A stretch of DNA of 64,000 bases, taken from Eledone cirrhosa (taxonomy: Eukaryota). The position numbers and the translations under genes are program-made. The notes below the pieces were generated by a model. That model ran no database searches. It saw only the letters and a program-made list of their open reading frames with translations, and was not told the origin of the DNA. Shown piece after piece: positions 1 through 12,970 of the stretch (position 1 is the stretch's first letter; each line of letters begins with the position of its first letter). The stretch spans positions 38,440,001-38,504,000 of the forward strand of contig OZ024745.1 of assembly GCA_964016885.1 (NCBI GenBank), given 5' to 3'.

Positions 1-1450
1 AAGCACTCGATAATGAGGGAAAGGATAAGGAAGGAATGTTACCGCAGAGTAAGAGCAATCTTAAGAACGGAATTGAATGCAAGGAATAGGATCGATGCCA
101 TAAACACGCTTGCCATACCAGTAGTAACCTACAGTTTCAATGTCATCAAATGGTTAAGCACAGAGATCCGTAGGCTCGATACAAAATTCGAAAATTCTTA
201 ACCATGCACAGAATGCATCACCCTAAGGCAGATACAGATAGAATATATCTCCCTAGGAAAGAAGGAGGACGTGGGTTAATCCAGTTAGACAATGCGTTGA
301 AAACTGCAACAATTGGATTATCTACATATCTAAGGGAATCACATGATTGGATGATCAAACTCGTTTTGAAACACGAAAGCATCAAAAGATCATACTCCAT
401 TACAAAAGATGCACAAAGATACAGTAATGGACTACACATTTCAGAAGTCCCATTTACTGCTGAAATGGAAAACACAGAAAAAGCAAAGCAGGTAAAAGTA
501 ACTGCGAAGAAAGAACTGCTACAGAAACTGGCTAAGAAATGGCAAGAAAAGCCTATGTATGGAACATTCCCAGGATGTTGACAAAACTTTAACCCATCAG
601 TGGTTAGCATCCTCTGGACTGAAATCGGAGACTGAAGGACTGATTATATCAGCACAAGATCAGTGTCTGCCAACAAAAAATTACCAAGGCAACATAATAA
701 AAAATGGATGCAGCCCTGTATGCCGTGTATGTAAAAAACAACCAGAGACCATTGACCATATAATTTCAATGTGCAGTCCTATAGCTCCAACCGAATACCT
801 AAACAGGAATGACAGAGCTGCACAATACATACATTGCATAATGTGTAAGCATTTTGACCTGCCCCTTCAAAAGAATTGGTGGGAGTATCAACCACCTCCC
901 ATACTTGAAAAAGATCACATCGCAATCTTGTGGAACTTTAGCATCCAGACCGAAAAATAGATGCAATTAGACCTGATATAATATTGAAGAACTTTAAAAA
1001 GAGGGTATGCCTGCTAATTGATATGTCCGTTCCAATAGACAAGAATGTATCTATAAAAACATTTGAAAAATTGAGCAAGTATAAGGACCAGGAGATAGAA
1101 ATTGGAAAAATGTGGAAATTGAGAACTAAAACAATACCAGTGGTTGTAGGCGCTCTTGGAATGATACCTAAGGGTTCTAATGATTACTTATCGCAAATCC
1201 CAGGAAACCCGCGTATATGAGAAATACAAAAGATAGTACTAATGGGAACTGCCCATATACTAAGGAAGATTCTGTCAATATAAGTACATCACACGTCTAA
1301 ACACCTAAAGATGCATGTGTGAGTATGTATGTTCTTTCTTGAAAATGGCGTACCTTGTTGTCTCTTGAGGTCACTGGTTGTGACTTGGTGATAACTCGTA
1401 TGAACATAAAGCAAGATAAATGCAGCTGTAATAATAATAATAATAATACT
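1..1450 (+). mobile_element. R4/Dong-clade (RLE) non-LTR retrotransposon, 3' part, frameshifted
   Basis: Broken ORFs 13-1283 encode RLYLPRKEGGRGL, a CCHC finger (CRVCKKQPETIDHIISMC), restriction-like endonuclease motifs (RPDI, IDMSVP..K..KY) and the C-terminal IQKIVLMGTAHILRKIL. A (TAA)n tail follows at ~1429-1448. Confidence 0.88.
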
Positions 1451-1451
1451 G

Positions 1452-1523
1452 AATATAATAATTGTTTCTACTTTTGGCACAAGGCCAGCAATTACCCCAG
1501 TGTATTACTGGTACTTTATTTTA
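1452..1523 (-). mobile_element. SINE 3' fragment (Meta/MESC-core-like family)
   Basis: Reverse complement of the family tail aaaataaagtaccagtaat..aattgctggccttgtgccaaaagtagaaacaattat, also seen at 6630, 16073, 45385 and 57885. Confidence 0.75.
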
Positions 1524-1895
1524 TAATAATAATAATAATAATGATGATAATAATAATATATTTGATATTGTGTAAGTTCTTTCGAATATGTAAAGACCAT
1601 ACACATTTTGGGTGCGTTCAGTTCATGTTAAAACCTCAAGTGCATGCTGAGAAGATAAAGAACAAATAAGTAAGTTCTGTTTGAAATTCCTGAAGTTGAC
1701 ATAATGTTGGAAATATTGTTGGAAATCTGATAATATTATTTCAGAAATCCAGAAGTAGCACTATAAGATGCGACAGAACAATAGATGTGGCAGCAAAGAT
1801 ATGGTCACATGATGGTGTTATATTTTATATTGAATGTAATATCTTACAATATATATACACACAAACGAACGCGCATACTCACACAGACGATATAT

Positions 1896-1951
<56 letters not shown>

Positions 1952-1969
1952 ATATATTTATATATACAT

Positions 1970-2061
<92 letters not shown>

Positions 2062-2254
2062 TTATATATATGTGTGTGTATGTCAATATATATGTATGGT
2101 ATGGATAACTGGTGAACACTTTTGAATATAAATTCGTTCTTAAAAAGCAAATTGCGAGGTGTCGATCCTAGTAATCAGCAGCCTTATTTGTTTATTATAA
2201 CGGTGCATGACCGCATAGTGATTACTGAAATCTGTTAAAGAACATACACACACC

Positions 2255-4020
2255 ATTATTATTATTATCGTGTCAAGCTACATCTACAATCAGGCACGAT
2301 CTTTTTTTCCTCGTCCAAAACCACCAGGCCAGGCCTATTGTTTTCTAATGTCTTGTCTATCTGTATCCTAATATCGCATACCACCTTCACCTGATCTTTT
2401 CTATCACCGACTCTGGTTTATGCTCATACCACTTCTCAGAAGGTGGTAAGTTGTTTACTTTGCATAGATGCTAGTGGATCACCAACTATTACATAATTTC
2501 TCCAGCCTTTATAGTGAGTCTGGGCTAGGTACTTACACTCGGATACAATGTGAGCCACAGTCTCCTCTCACTCTCCACAGATCATACACAGTGAGTTAGC
2601 CTCTTCCTTGTCAATATGATGTTTCACCCACTTCGTTCTGAGGTCTTGCTCTTGCGCAGCCATTAGCATTCCTTCTGTAGCCTTTTTAAGGTCTCCTCTT
2701 TTTAACCAGTTCCATGTCTGTGGATACTAAATTCCGTTTTCTTAAAGAAGGTGCTATGAAGGGATTTGTCAAGAACGATGCCGTTCCTCGATCTTGTTAT
2801 TTCCTCCTTGGACATGCCCTGGTCCATTGTCTTCTCCTTCAGTACAATTTTGAGCATTGGTTCCCTACTGTCAGTCACGGATTTGTGCATGTTGTTTTTC
2901 TCCTCTATGCTGATAAGACCTCTTCCACCTTCAGATCTCTTTAAGTAGAGTCTATCGACATCACTCCTCTTGTGAGGCATGTTGTAGATAGTCATTAGCT
3001 TCCTAGTCTTCCTAAACATTTCGTTTTGGTCAGCAACAATCCATTTCAGAATTCCCGCACTGTACCTAATAATAGACTAAACTCGGGAATTTACTGCACT
3101 TATGACATTCCTACTGTTTAGATGTGGTTTTAATATGTTCCTTACTCTCCTTATGTATTCATTCTTTTCGATTCCTTCATTCTTTTGTTCTTGTTGTCAT
3201 ATGCCTCCAGAGCACCTAAATATTTGTATCCGTCTTCAGTGTAAATTTCCTTTATCATCTCACCTGTTGATACCTGGATTCTGTTGCTTCTGCATCACTA
3301 GGACTCTACACTTATTAACACCAAATTCCATACATATATCATTGCTGAAAATACGGGCAGTGTCAACAAGTACGTCCAACTCCTTCTCACATTTCCCAAA
3401 GAGTTTACGATCGTCCATGAAGAGGAGGTGGTTGATGATAAGCTCTCCTCTTTCCAACTTTTATACTGCTGTCACTTTTCACAATATGACGAACAGGGTT
3501 ATCAGGGGAGGACAAACAACGAAGGGGACAAACTATCTCCCTGGAAGATACCTCTCTTGATCTTCACGCCTCCCAAGAATTCTCCACCTGATGTTAACTC
3601 TGTTTCCCAGGACTTCATACTTTTGCTTAATAGCTTTCTGATGTTATCTGCCACCTTGAAGATCTCTATTCTTTTGGTTATCCAAGAATGAGGTACCATG
3701 TTGAATGCCTTTTTATAATCTATCCATCCCATGGCAAGACCAGTGTGGCTCCTCTTGTAATTCCTCATTAACTTCTTATCAATAAGTAACTGGAATTTTG
3801 TACCACGGGACTTCTTTCAGCATCCGTTCTGTGGAGGTGATAGTAGATTTCCTCAGACACAATGCTTGTTAACAGTTTCCACATTACGGATAGACATGTT
3901 ATAGGCCTATAGTTGGTAACATCCTTACCCTTTATTCGATCTTTCATTACCAGAACTGAGGTACCTTTTGTCAATCAATCTGGTACTTCACCCGACATCA
4001 AGCAGTCATTTAACATGGTT
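2255..4020 (-). mobile_element. R4/Dong-clade RLE retrotransposon, decayed, 5'-truncated
   Basis: Minus-strand ORF pieces: NYRPITCL, WIDYKKAF, GIFQGDSLSP, HLLFMDD, RLYLKRSEGGRGL. CCHC region near 2540-2590. (TAA)n tail at ~2255-2268. Confidence 0.88.
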
Positions 4021-4029
4021 TCAGTTTTG

Positions 4030-6615
4030 TGTGGAGGGATGTTATATTTTTAATCCAATACTCTTGAACACCATCTGGGCCTGGTGATTAACGGTTGGTT
4101 AGTTATTTGGCCTCTCTTGTTGTGTAAGAGATATAAACTCTTCGATTTTCCCCTGTGAAGGGGAAAGTATAATATTTGGGCCTTTAGGCCCAAATATTTG
4201 AACAGCATTTCAACATTTTGTTTTTGAAAAAAAAACAAAAAAACAAAGAACATGGCTGAGCAACGCCCACCTGCAACATATTTGCTGTGACATCGGCGTA
4301 AAAGTTGAGAGGAGGGTTAGTGAAATTCATACAACAAACACCACCACAACAACGTGAACAAAGACAACAGCACTGAGAACATTACTTTTTTAAAAATAAC
4401 CACAACAATAAAAGCGTCAACCAAAATACAGACAATAGAAAAAAATGACAACACCAACAACAACAATACAAATTGCACCGAAAACAACAACAACGGTGGC
4501 ACCAAAAACACAACCAACTACAACAGTGAAAACAGCAACAACACCAACAATACCATTTGTAGCAGTAGCAACAGCAACAGCACCAACAACAAGGCCGATA
4601 GCAGCAGTAGCAGAGGCAATGATGGTGCCGCTGTAAAAGGGGCCACTTCTTTCACAGGTGTGGCACGAAATATAGAGACAGTGATAGTCACGGAGGAGGA
4701 GATGGCAGTCGCAAGAGACATGGTGACAAGGAATGAAAATAGAGCATCCCTGAAACATCCACTCGATTTCTTCAAAGACCAGCAGCTGCGCACGGTATCT
4801 TACCGCACCATAAGCAGAATGTCACATCGGGTGGAGAGAGCCACGGAGGCGCAAATCCAAAAGGCCTTGGGGTGCGTCTGGGTGCGCAAAACCCACATCA
4901 CCCGAGGCAAAAAGTACGCCACAGTAGACGTACTTTTCGCCAACCCCCAAGAGGCGAAGTCTCACTATTTGGAAACCCTAAAGAGTGAGGAGGGTATTTT
5001 GGTGCCCTGCTACCGCGGGCAGAAAATTGTGAGGGTCAAAGTGACCCATACCTTGGCCCGACGTGCCCATACTCTTTTTGGCCGCGTCTGTACTGGCTGA
5101 AATCGAGGAGAAGACCACCATACTGCAAATAGAGAGAATGGGGAGAGAGAACTGGTCAGGAATATGCATGCAAATTCTAATACAGACTTACCAGGAGTGC
5201 ATCGAGGTCATCCCAGATATCATAGACCTCGAAGAAGGACTCCAACTCCCTATAAGCGCGGAAGGAAGGCACCCAAAGTGCTATCTCTGTGGACAGAAGG
5301 GTCACCTCAGGGCCTTCTGCCTGGAGAAGACAGCCAAGAAGAGGGCGCCCCTCCTTCCGACGCCTGATCCGCTGCTACCAAGAGCAGGGCAGGCAAAAGA
5401 GACAGAAGACCCTTCCATGGTGAATAGGAGGGTAACGTCCGTGGCACCCATACCAAGGCCACGGAAAGCTAAAACAGCGAGAGCAGAGACGCCAACACCA
5501 ACAGTCGCAGTAGCTATACCATCAGCAAAATCGCTGGAGCGGGTTCCACTACCACCACCAACAGCAGTGGAGCTCATACCCCTCCCACACTCCACGGAAT
5601 CCGACATGAAGCATGAGGCGGGAGGGAAGTGCCAAACGGTCTGCCACAAAAAAAGGAAAAGCCCTTTACTTCACACTCCAAAAGCGAAGGCAAACAAAGA
5701 GGGGTAAAGGCTGCAGAGAGACTGTCGCAGCCTTACAGCATCCCGTGCTCGGTCCGCCCGGGTTGCTCCCTTTTGTTCCTCTTGTACGTACTGGACCTCG
5801 AGCCGTTACTGCACAAATTGGAGAGGAGGAGGGGTTCTCACGCGAACTGGGATGCGGGAGATCCGTGTCAGCTTACGCCGCCGACGTCACCGTGCTGGTG
5901 TCGAGTACCAAACACGTCCAGAAGCTCGGCACCGCTCCAAGGAATACGAAGCGGTGACAAGAGCAAAAATAAACCAGGAAAAGTTGGTGGCCTTACAACT
6001 CGGCACCTGCAGAGGCAAGTCCTTGCCGTGCGACAGCGCCGTTGGGCCCTGGACGGAAGGACCGATTAAATTGCTCGGGGTCTGGTTCGGTCCGGACCTC
6101 CAGATTGAGAAACACTGGTGGCCATGGCGAAAGAGATTGTGTGGTGGACAAGGTTGAAAGGATTGAAGACGTACACTTTCCTCTCCGGCCAATCCCTGAT
6201 TAACTTTTTCAACATTCACTTGAAGAGAAAAATCATGGTGGGGATGGAAGTGCTATCTTCTAGTAAGTTTGTTGAAAGGAGGGTGAAAGTACCGAGTCTG
6301 GTCCGAGTGAACGGGCCCGCTCTGAGTATGCGCATGTAGACCGAGAAGTGGAAAACCGAGAGAGGTCGCTTGCCCTGTTGGTCAGGGTGGCCGTGGTCAT
6401 TTGTGTGGTTTTCGCCACGAGTGACCCTCGGATGTTTCGCCATTTTGGGGGAAAATCTTTTGTTTAACATTTTTTTAAAATTTCTATCCCGATTTCTATC
6501 TTGTTGTAACCTGTTTACACGACCAACACCCACTTTGTATCGTCCTGTACTGTTCTGTGCCGTGAGTAATGTTTTTCTTCATGTTAGTCCTTGTGGCCAA
6601 CATAGAAACCATTAT
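4030..6615 (+). mobile_element. L1/Tx1-like LINE, internally deleted (ORF1 with zinc knuckle plus ORF2 remnants)
   Basis: ORF1 from about ATG 4252, Asn-rich, with CCHC knuckle CYLCGQKGHLRAFC (ORF 5063-5707). RT remnants SVSAYAADVT and LQLGTCRGK..IKLLGVWFGPDLQ are homologous to ORF 11529-12167. The endonuclease and most of the RT are missing. Confidence 0.82.
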
Positions 6616-6627
6616 TGACGGACCTTG

Positions 6628-6755
6628 CCACTCTGAGTTCGAATCCCACAGAGGTTAACTTTGCCTTTCATCCTTACTGGGTCGATAAAATAAAGTACCT
6701 GTAATGCACTGGATAATAGCTGGCCTTGTGCCAAAAAGTAGAAACCATTATTATT
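6628..6755 (+). mobile_element. SINE (Meta/MESC-core-like); a second degenerate copy follows at ~6800-6945
   Basis: B-box gagttcgaatccc, core tttgcctttcatcctt..gggtcgataaaataaagtacc, and family tail. Confidence 0.8.
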
Positions 6756-8716
6756 TTTATTATTAGATTGACGGACCAAAGGCATTATGGTCTATATTCA
6801 AGCTCTTTATGTGCCCTTCAAATCACCGAGCTCAAATTTGCTTTCCATCCCTCAGTTTTCCATGAAATAATACATAGCTCAAGTACCCGGCTTAATAAAA
6901 TCAATATAACCCCCTCCCCCAATTGCTGGCCTTATACCTGAATTTAAAAAAAAATAATATGACAATTTATGCTGTTTAAGAAAGGCCTTGATTTCGAGGT
7001 AAGGTCCATATTTCTGGACCCCGTCGGTAAGCTGGTTTTCAATGATAGTTCAATGGAATCAGATGTATACAAATCCTTATCGCAGCAATTAGAGAGAAGT
7101 AGAGCAACTCAAACGCAAAATGATGAAAATGAATCTAATGAAACTCAAAGGCTATTTGAAAAGAGAACTGAAGATTTAGCATTTAAAACGGTTGTCGCGG
7201 GGAACATTACTGTTTTTAGTTAAAGCCCTCATAAAGACTATGCCTTGGAACCTTCAATTGGAATTTCTTCAATGAATCGTCCAAATAGTGGCGTCAAAAA
7301 ATGGAATGTTGAGTCTCACTGGATTGGGTTGTTTAATTGGAACGATTAAGTTTAGGCTATTACCTCAAACATCTGACTGGTGACTGGTAAAACTATGGAA
7401 TCAATACAATTTCTTCAAAATATCCAGCCGTAAATTATGCATTCCAAATGGCAAAATATGGTGCAAATGCATGAAGGTTGCTTTATACTAACTTTCAAGA
7501 AGCACCAAAATATTTACAGCTGTATTTCATCAGTGATATGAAAACCCAACAGAAATAAACAAACTAAATATGAGACCATATTGTAACTAAAAGATAAGTT
7601 ACGTAACAGAAACAGCTATATTAGAAGTGGCCTCATACAAGATAGACTTGGTGTTATATATTTGTTGCAGAAGGCAGACATCATTTATCCGGCTTCGATT
7701 TTTACCGACTACATGTAGAAAAAATCCTCTTCCTCTATTCTGGGTGGGACATGTTTATTTAATAACTCTAAGAATGTTTTAAATTTGTTAATCTTCATTG
7801 TTAGGGAAATTTATGGGTATCTAAATATTAGGGGCGTTAAGCGATACATTTTCAAATTGTTATGTCTATTATAAGTGTTTTGTAAGATATATATATATAT
7901 ATATAGGAACCTGTATTAATATATCATGATTTTGAGTTGGGGTTATGATAACACTTATGGGTATCTAAATATGCTTTGCAGATTTTCAGAAATTCGAACA
8001 GTCTGAGGTGACATCATGTTATAGATATGAATTTTTCCCTGTATGAGAATGAATTTAGTGGCGTGGTATCAACGGTATTGATTTCCCATAAACCTTTATA
8101 GCCATACAATTGCAATTATCTTCCATTCATATAATATTCAATATCATCACACGGACCATTTCCCTCTAAGAAATCCAATATCCATGCACATTTAGGCACA
8201 TGTATCTTTGTGTGCCGGTCGGACTTCGATATATATAAATATGTACACACACACACATACACACACATATATATATATATATATATGCAAAGAGTTACGA
8301 ATGAGTGAACTCACGATTAATTGTGTATGTTTAAACACCTTTCAAATCTGAATTACCATTGTCTATATATACATAACTCATAACATGACGATTTAATTTT
8401 TAACCTTCTTTCTTATTCGTTTTTCATGACAGTAATGTGCTTTCAATTATAGCGTTTAACCGGAGAACTACGTACATCAGTTCCGAAAGCTAAACAGTAA
8501 TAGTTTGCAGGAAAAGAGAGTTAGAAAACAACTCGTGGCACTGTAAAATATTCAGAATATAATCCAAATGTTATTACAGATATGTTATCCAAATATGGAG
8601 AACTGTTAAGAAATTATAAATCATGCGTCCTCGATCACCTATAATACTTCTCCTCCACTATTAAGGACTTGATCTATATGTATATAATATAATATAATAT
8701 AATATAATATAATATA

Positions 8717-8758
<42 letters not shown>

Positions 8759-8759
8759 T

Positions 8760-9120
8760 ATATGTTTGATTGAGTGAAGTAATTCCGTCGGAAAGGTCCA
8801 GGAAAAAAGAGTGCTCTATGTAGGTTACAGAGATGATTAGTTATGTAATAAACAACATAAGATAATTATTTCATTTACCAGTGGTTTCTTGAAAGCAATT
8901 AAATCTGCTTTCAGTCGTCAGAATAAAAAATTATTGAATGTGGATTTGAAAACCACATTCAAAACCACATTCAAAACCACATTCAAAACCACATTTCAAA
9001 TCCACATTCAATAAAAACACCAGGATTTTTTTTATTCTTACGACTGAATGCAGATTTATTTGCTTTCAAGAAACTACTGGTAAATGAAATAATTATCTTA
9101 TGTTGTTTATTATATAACTA
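8760..9120. mobile_element. Short HHR-bearing fold-back element in (TA)n
   Basis: ~90-bp inverted arms (8839-8930 / ~9028-9119) enclose an inner palindrome with 4x aaaaccacattc. Flanked by (TA)n on both sides. Confidence 0.8.
8869..8928 (-). ncRNA. Type I hammerhead ribozyme motif
   Basis: Minus strand: ttttatt CTGACGA c-tgaaagcag/ttgctttca-a GAAA ccactgg TA aatgaaa. The mirror copy at 9030-9089 (+) has a mutated core, CTTACGA. Confidence 0.82.
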
Positions 9121-9272
9121 TATATATATATATATATAGGGGGAGGGGGTATTATTTGTGTGTGTGTGTTTGAGTGCTTGAGTGCGTGTGTGTGGAATTT
9201 GTCATTTAGAGAGGGAAACAATAATTCTGAAAAATAAAAAAAAAGCTATTTTTACGAGTCATTCTTTCGTAG

Positions 9273-9392
9273 AAGGCGTGTGGCTGAGTGGTTAGAGAAT
9301 TGGAATCACAATCTTGAGATTGTGAGTTCGATTCCTGGACCGGGCGATGCGTTATGTCCTTGAGCAAGACACTTTATTTCACGTTGCTCCTT
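9273..9392 (+). mobile_element. tRNA-derived SINE (CORE/V-like central region), 5' part
   Basis: A box tggctgagtgg, B box gttcgattcc, then ccttgagcaagacactttatttcacgttgctcc. Same family as 44478-44737. Confidence 0.75.
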
Positions 9393-10479
9393 CTACCTGG
9401 AGTTGCGACCGATAGATAGTATTAGCAACTGGAAAGACCGACGAAAACATTGTTTCCTCGGTCCGATTTGACGAAAGTCGATCAACTCTTCCTTCTTTCA
9501 TAGACAAATATACTCACATACAAACACAGTAATGCATATATGCCATGGTCTTCCCCATAGTTTCCACCAAGCAATTTTCACTCATAGCACAGTGTTCAAC
9601 AATGAATTTCAAAAAAAATAAGGATTACCTAGAAATATTAAATTTCTCTAATTTGACATAAGGACATGTCAAAGAGTATGTAGCTTTGATCTGGATCTTT
9701 GAAGGAGGACTTTGCGATCCAGTTCGTTTCCTTTCCAGGCCCATTTGGTGTATGCCATTTCTATTTGTAACATATGTATTTTCTTAGTCAATTTGTGATA
9801 ATATGTTCCAGCATATGCAAAGTCAAGCCAAACACTTGCTAACATATAGTTCTTCGTGCCTCACACCTCCTGAAAAATTCATCGATTAGTAGTTAGGAGT
9901 GATGTGCTTACGGTCGTAATGTATCGCTCTTTTTTATTTCATTGGGCAAACATAGATATCATGGAAAGGAGAGACGTATATGCATGAACTGTCTGTGATC
10001 TTCTATGGAACGCCCGGGTAGGCTTGTGTCGCCGGAGAATCAAACCCATTGGTACAAAACCCATGGATTTCTTAATGATAGTGGCCCAGGCATTATATCA
10101 TTTTTTTCCGCGGACCTTAGGCCGAAGTTCACGTTACCACGCACAGTGACAGAGCTGACATTACATCCCACAATACATTGTGTTACGCGTTCTAGCAAGG
10201 CTTCCAATAAAATGTCCTGAATAGGTACTTTACTTATCGGCCTTGAAAGAATGAAAGGTAATTTTATCCTCGGTAAGATTTGAAATCAGAGCACACATCA
10301 TTTAATTTGGTGTTATAATCATTATACATGATATTTTCTACTCAGCAAATTACAGTGTCTATACATTGATCGCATCACTCATGAAAAGCACGGGATTTGC
10401 ACCTAAAACAAGATTCATCCTCAACCAAACCACTGATTTGCTATCTATATACTAGTTTGTAAAACTAGTATAATGATAT

Positions 10480-12970
10480 CCTTCTTTTTTGCCACAGTAG
10501 TGTACAAAAGATGGGACTTTACAAGACGTGACGGCGGGTGTTTTACATAAAAATCATATAACTTTAACATTAATTAATAACAATAAACTATATATAATAA
10601 AATAACAATTGAAATCCCCAATAGGGGGGAACCTTACTGCAGGGTTGTTTTACACCCCGTGGATAGAACAACTCTCAACACCAGGAACACGTTTTGTAGG
10701 TGTTCAAGTCTTCTCTCTGTTTATCTTCCTCCACCTACAGTTTTATATACAGAGTCGGCCCATTCACTCGGGCCATTTTCGCCACATTCACCCACCTTTC
10801 AACGAATTTACTGGGGTGTAGCACCTCTCTCTCTCCACTCTCACCTTCATTCTGAAGTCGTACTTAAAGAAGGTGATTAGTTGTTGTCAGGAGAGAAAAG
10901 TGTTTGCCCTCAGTCCTTTTAACATCGTCCACCATATACCTCTTTCCTCATAGCCACCAGACAGAGGAAAGACGCCTCTCCTTCACCCTTAAAGGAAGGC
11001 GGCGGTATGATACTCATGATGGACTCGGCTGACAACTGGAGGCGTCCTACACGTGACAGTAGCTGTTCGACATAATTCCACAAGTCGGTCAACAAGGGCA
11101 CTGAACAATTGCGTGCAGAACTGTTTCGATGTTCTGCTCGCCTCTTGGACAGGTCCTTTTGGCAGGGTCTCTGCCAGAGTGTCCGTGCCTGTAGATTTTG
11201 TCTCGAACTGGTATAGCTACTCGGTACAACTGCCAGTCCAGAGACCTCCGGATGTTATCGAAAGGCCCTGGACGGAAATTCCTCCCGAAAGACTGGTCAG
11301 TTCGTCCTCCTCGATGCCTAGAGTTTCCCCGAGAACGTCGTCGCACATATTCTCCACTAAGTGGAGTCTCCGCTGATTACCGTTTCCGCTTGGAAGAGGG
11401 CTGTGAGCGCCTGAAGTCACTCGAGGTGCCAGGCAGCCATTTTTGATATTCGCTTGATCCTAGATTGCAGCTCTGTTAATGAGACGAGTTGTGGAAGAGC
11501 TTGTCTCACAAACGACAGCAACACCCGTTCACCGGTCAGGAATACCTGGAGGTGACTTAGCCTCAGAGCGTGTTTGCGTATCATCAACCAGTGTTTGCAC
11601 ATGCTTGCGCATGCCCAGCCCTCCATTAGAAGGGTGTTGACAGCAGATGGATCTCCTAACCAATGGACCCTGTTTCTTCCAGAGGAACCTGAAGAGTAGG
11701 CGTTCGATTTTGGTGAGGTATTCGCGGGGATAAGGCACGACTGTCAAGTGGTAATAGATGAAGGATGCTGTGTAAGAGTTCGCCACCTCCGCTCTACCTT
11801 TCAAGGAGAGTTTGCACTCAGCCCACTTCTGGGTGAGTGCAAACACATTCGCCGTGACCTCGTTCCAGATCTTGTCCACCTGGAGATCTGGACCAAACCA
11901 GTTCCCGAGCAATTTCACCGTTCCTTCCATGCAGCATCCAACGACACTGTCGGAAGGCCTGAATTTCCCTCTCCATGTGCCGAGTTGCAAACCGCCAGAC
12001 TTGATTGGGTTTAGTCTTGCTCCTGTCAACGTTTCGTATTCCTGTAATAGGTTGCCAATTACCCCGATTTCCGAGGTTTTCGACACCATTACGGTTATGT
12101 CCTCGGCATAGGGCGACGCTGCACTCCGCAGTCCTGGTTCAATCCGGATGCCCTGCAACAGCTCCAACTTCCGCTATACTAGCTCGAGAGTCAGTACATA
12201 CAGAATGGAGGAGAGAGGTCATCCCTGACGGATGGAACGCATGATTTGGAATGGCTGCGATAGATAGCCATCCACCTTGACTGCAGATGATGGTGTGCAT
12301 GGCATCCTCTGAATACGGGACCGAAGCCAGCCACCTTGAGAACAGCTCCGAGTATTGATGATCGACCCTATCAAATGCCTTAGATTGATCTAAATTGATC
12401 AGAGCCCCACCGAAGTCAGATTTACACCCGACCCTCTCTATGATGTATCGCATGAGGTGGAGCTTGTTGTGTATGGACCTGGTCAGGTTTGCACACATTT
12501 GCGCTTCCCCTACCAGGTTCTTGACGACAAGAGCCAGCCTCGCTGCTTAACACCTTGGCCGAAATCTTTAACTCTGTGTTGAGCAGTGTTATGGGCCTGA
12601 AATTGCTTATCTCATCCCCCTTGTTCTCATCTTTCCTCATCAGCGTTACTAGACCTCTACCTACAGGACAGGGAATGCTCCCGTTCTGCTGCCAGTTGCA
12701 GTGGACCGCTTCGAGGACGCCATAGAACAAGTCTGCCATGCCTATGTAAAACTCATAGGGTAGACCATCTAAACCGCGTGATATGTTTCCCGCAGCGGCC
12801 TAGGGCATCTTCTATTTCGCCCGCTGTGACGGCCTTTCGCAGCTCTCTGCATCCGTGCTCGAGAGTTATGGTACGCCGTCGAGGTAGGAGCTGCAGTCCA
12901 TCATCTCCCTCTACGTTCCGCATTGCCCGAAAAAGTTGTGCAAAATGCTGCTGGAATGCCGTGCACAGCT
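10480..12970 (-). mobile_element. L1/Tx1-like LINE ORF2, 5'-truncated, frameshifted
   Basis: SNFRPITLLNTELKISAKVL, LDQSKAFDRVDHQY, PYAEDITV, GGLGM. C-terminal LCLVAMRKEV matches VAMAKEIVWW in the 4-6.6 kb element. Confidence 0.87.

Noticed and set aside
6969-7650. 84-aa ORF and a downstream KDKLRNR motif suggesting a decayed hAT transposase
   Set aside because: Only one short motif, no TIR or TSD found; too weak to call.
9273-9350. tRNA-like sequence
   Set aside because: Continues into a SINE body shared with 44478-44737 and lacks a proper cloverleaf; treated as a SINE head.
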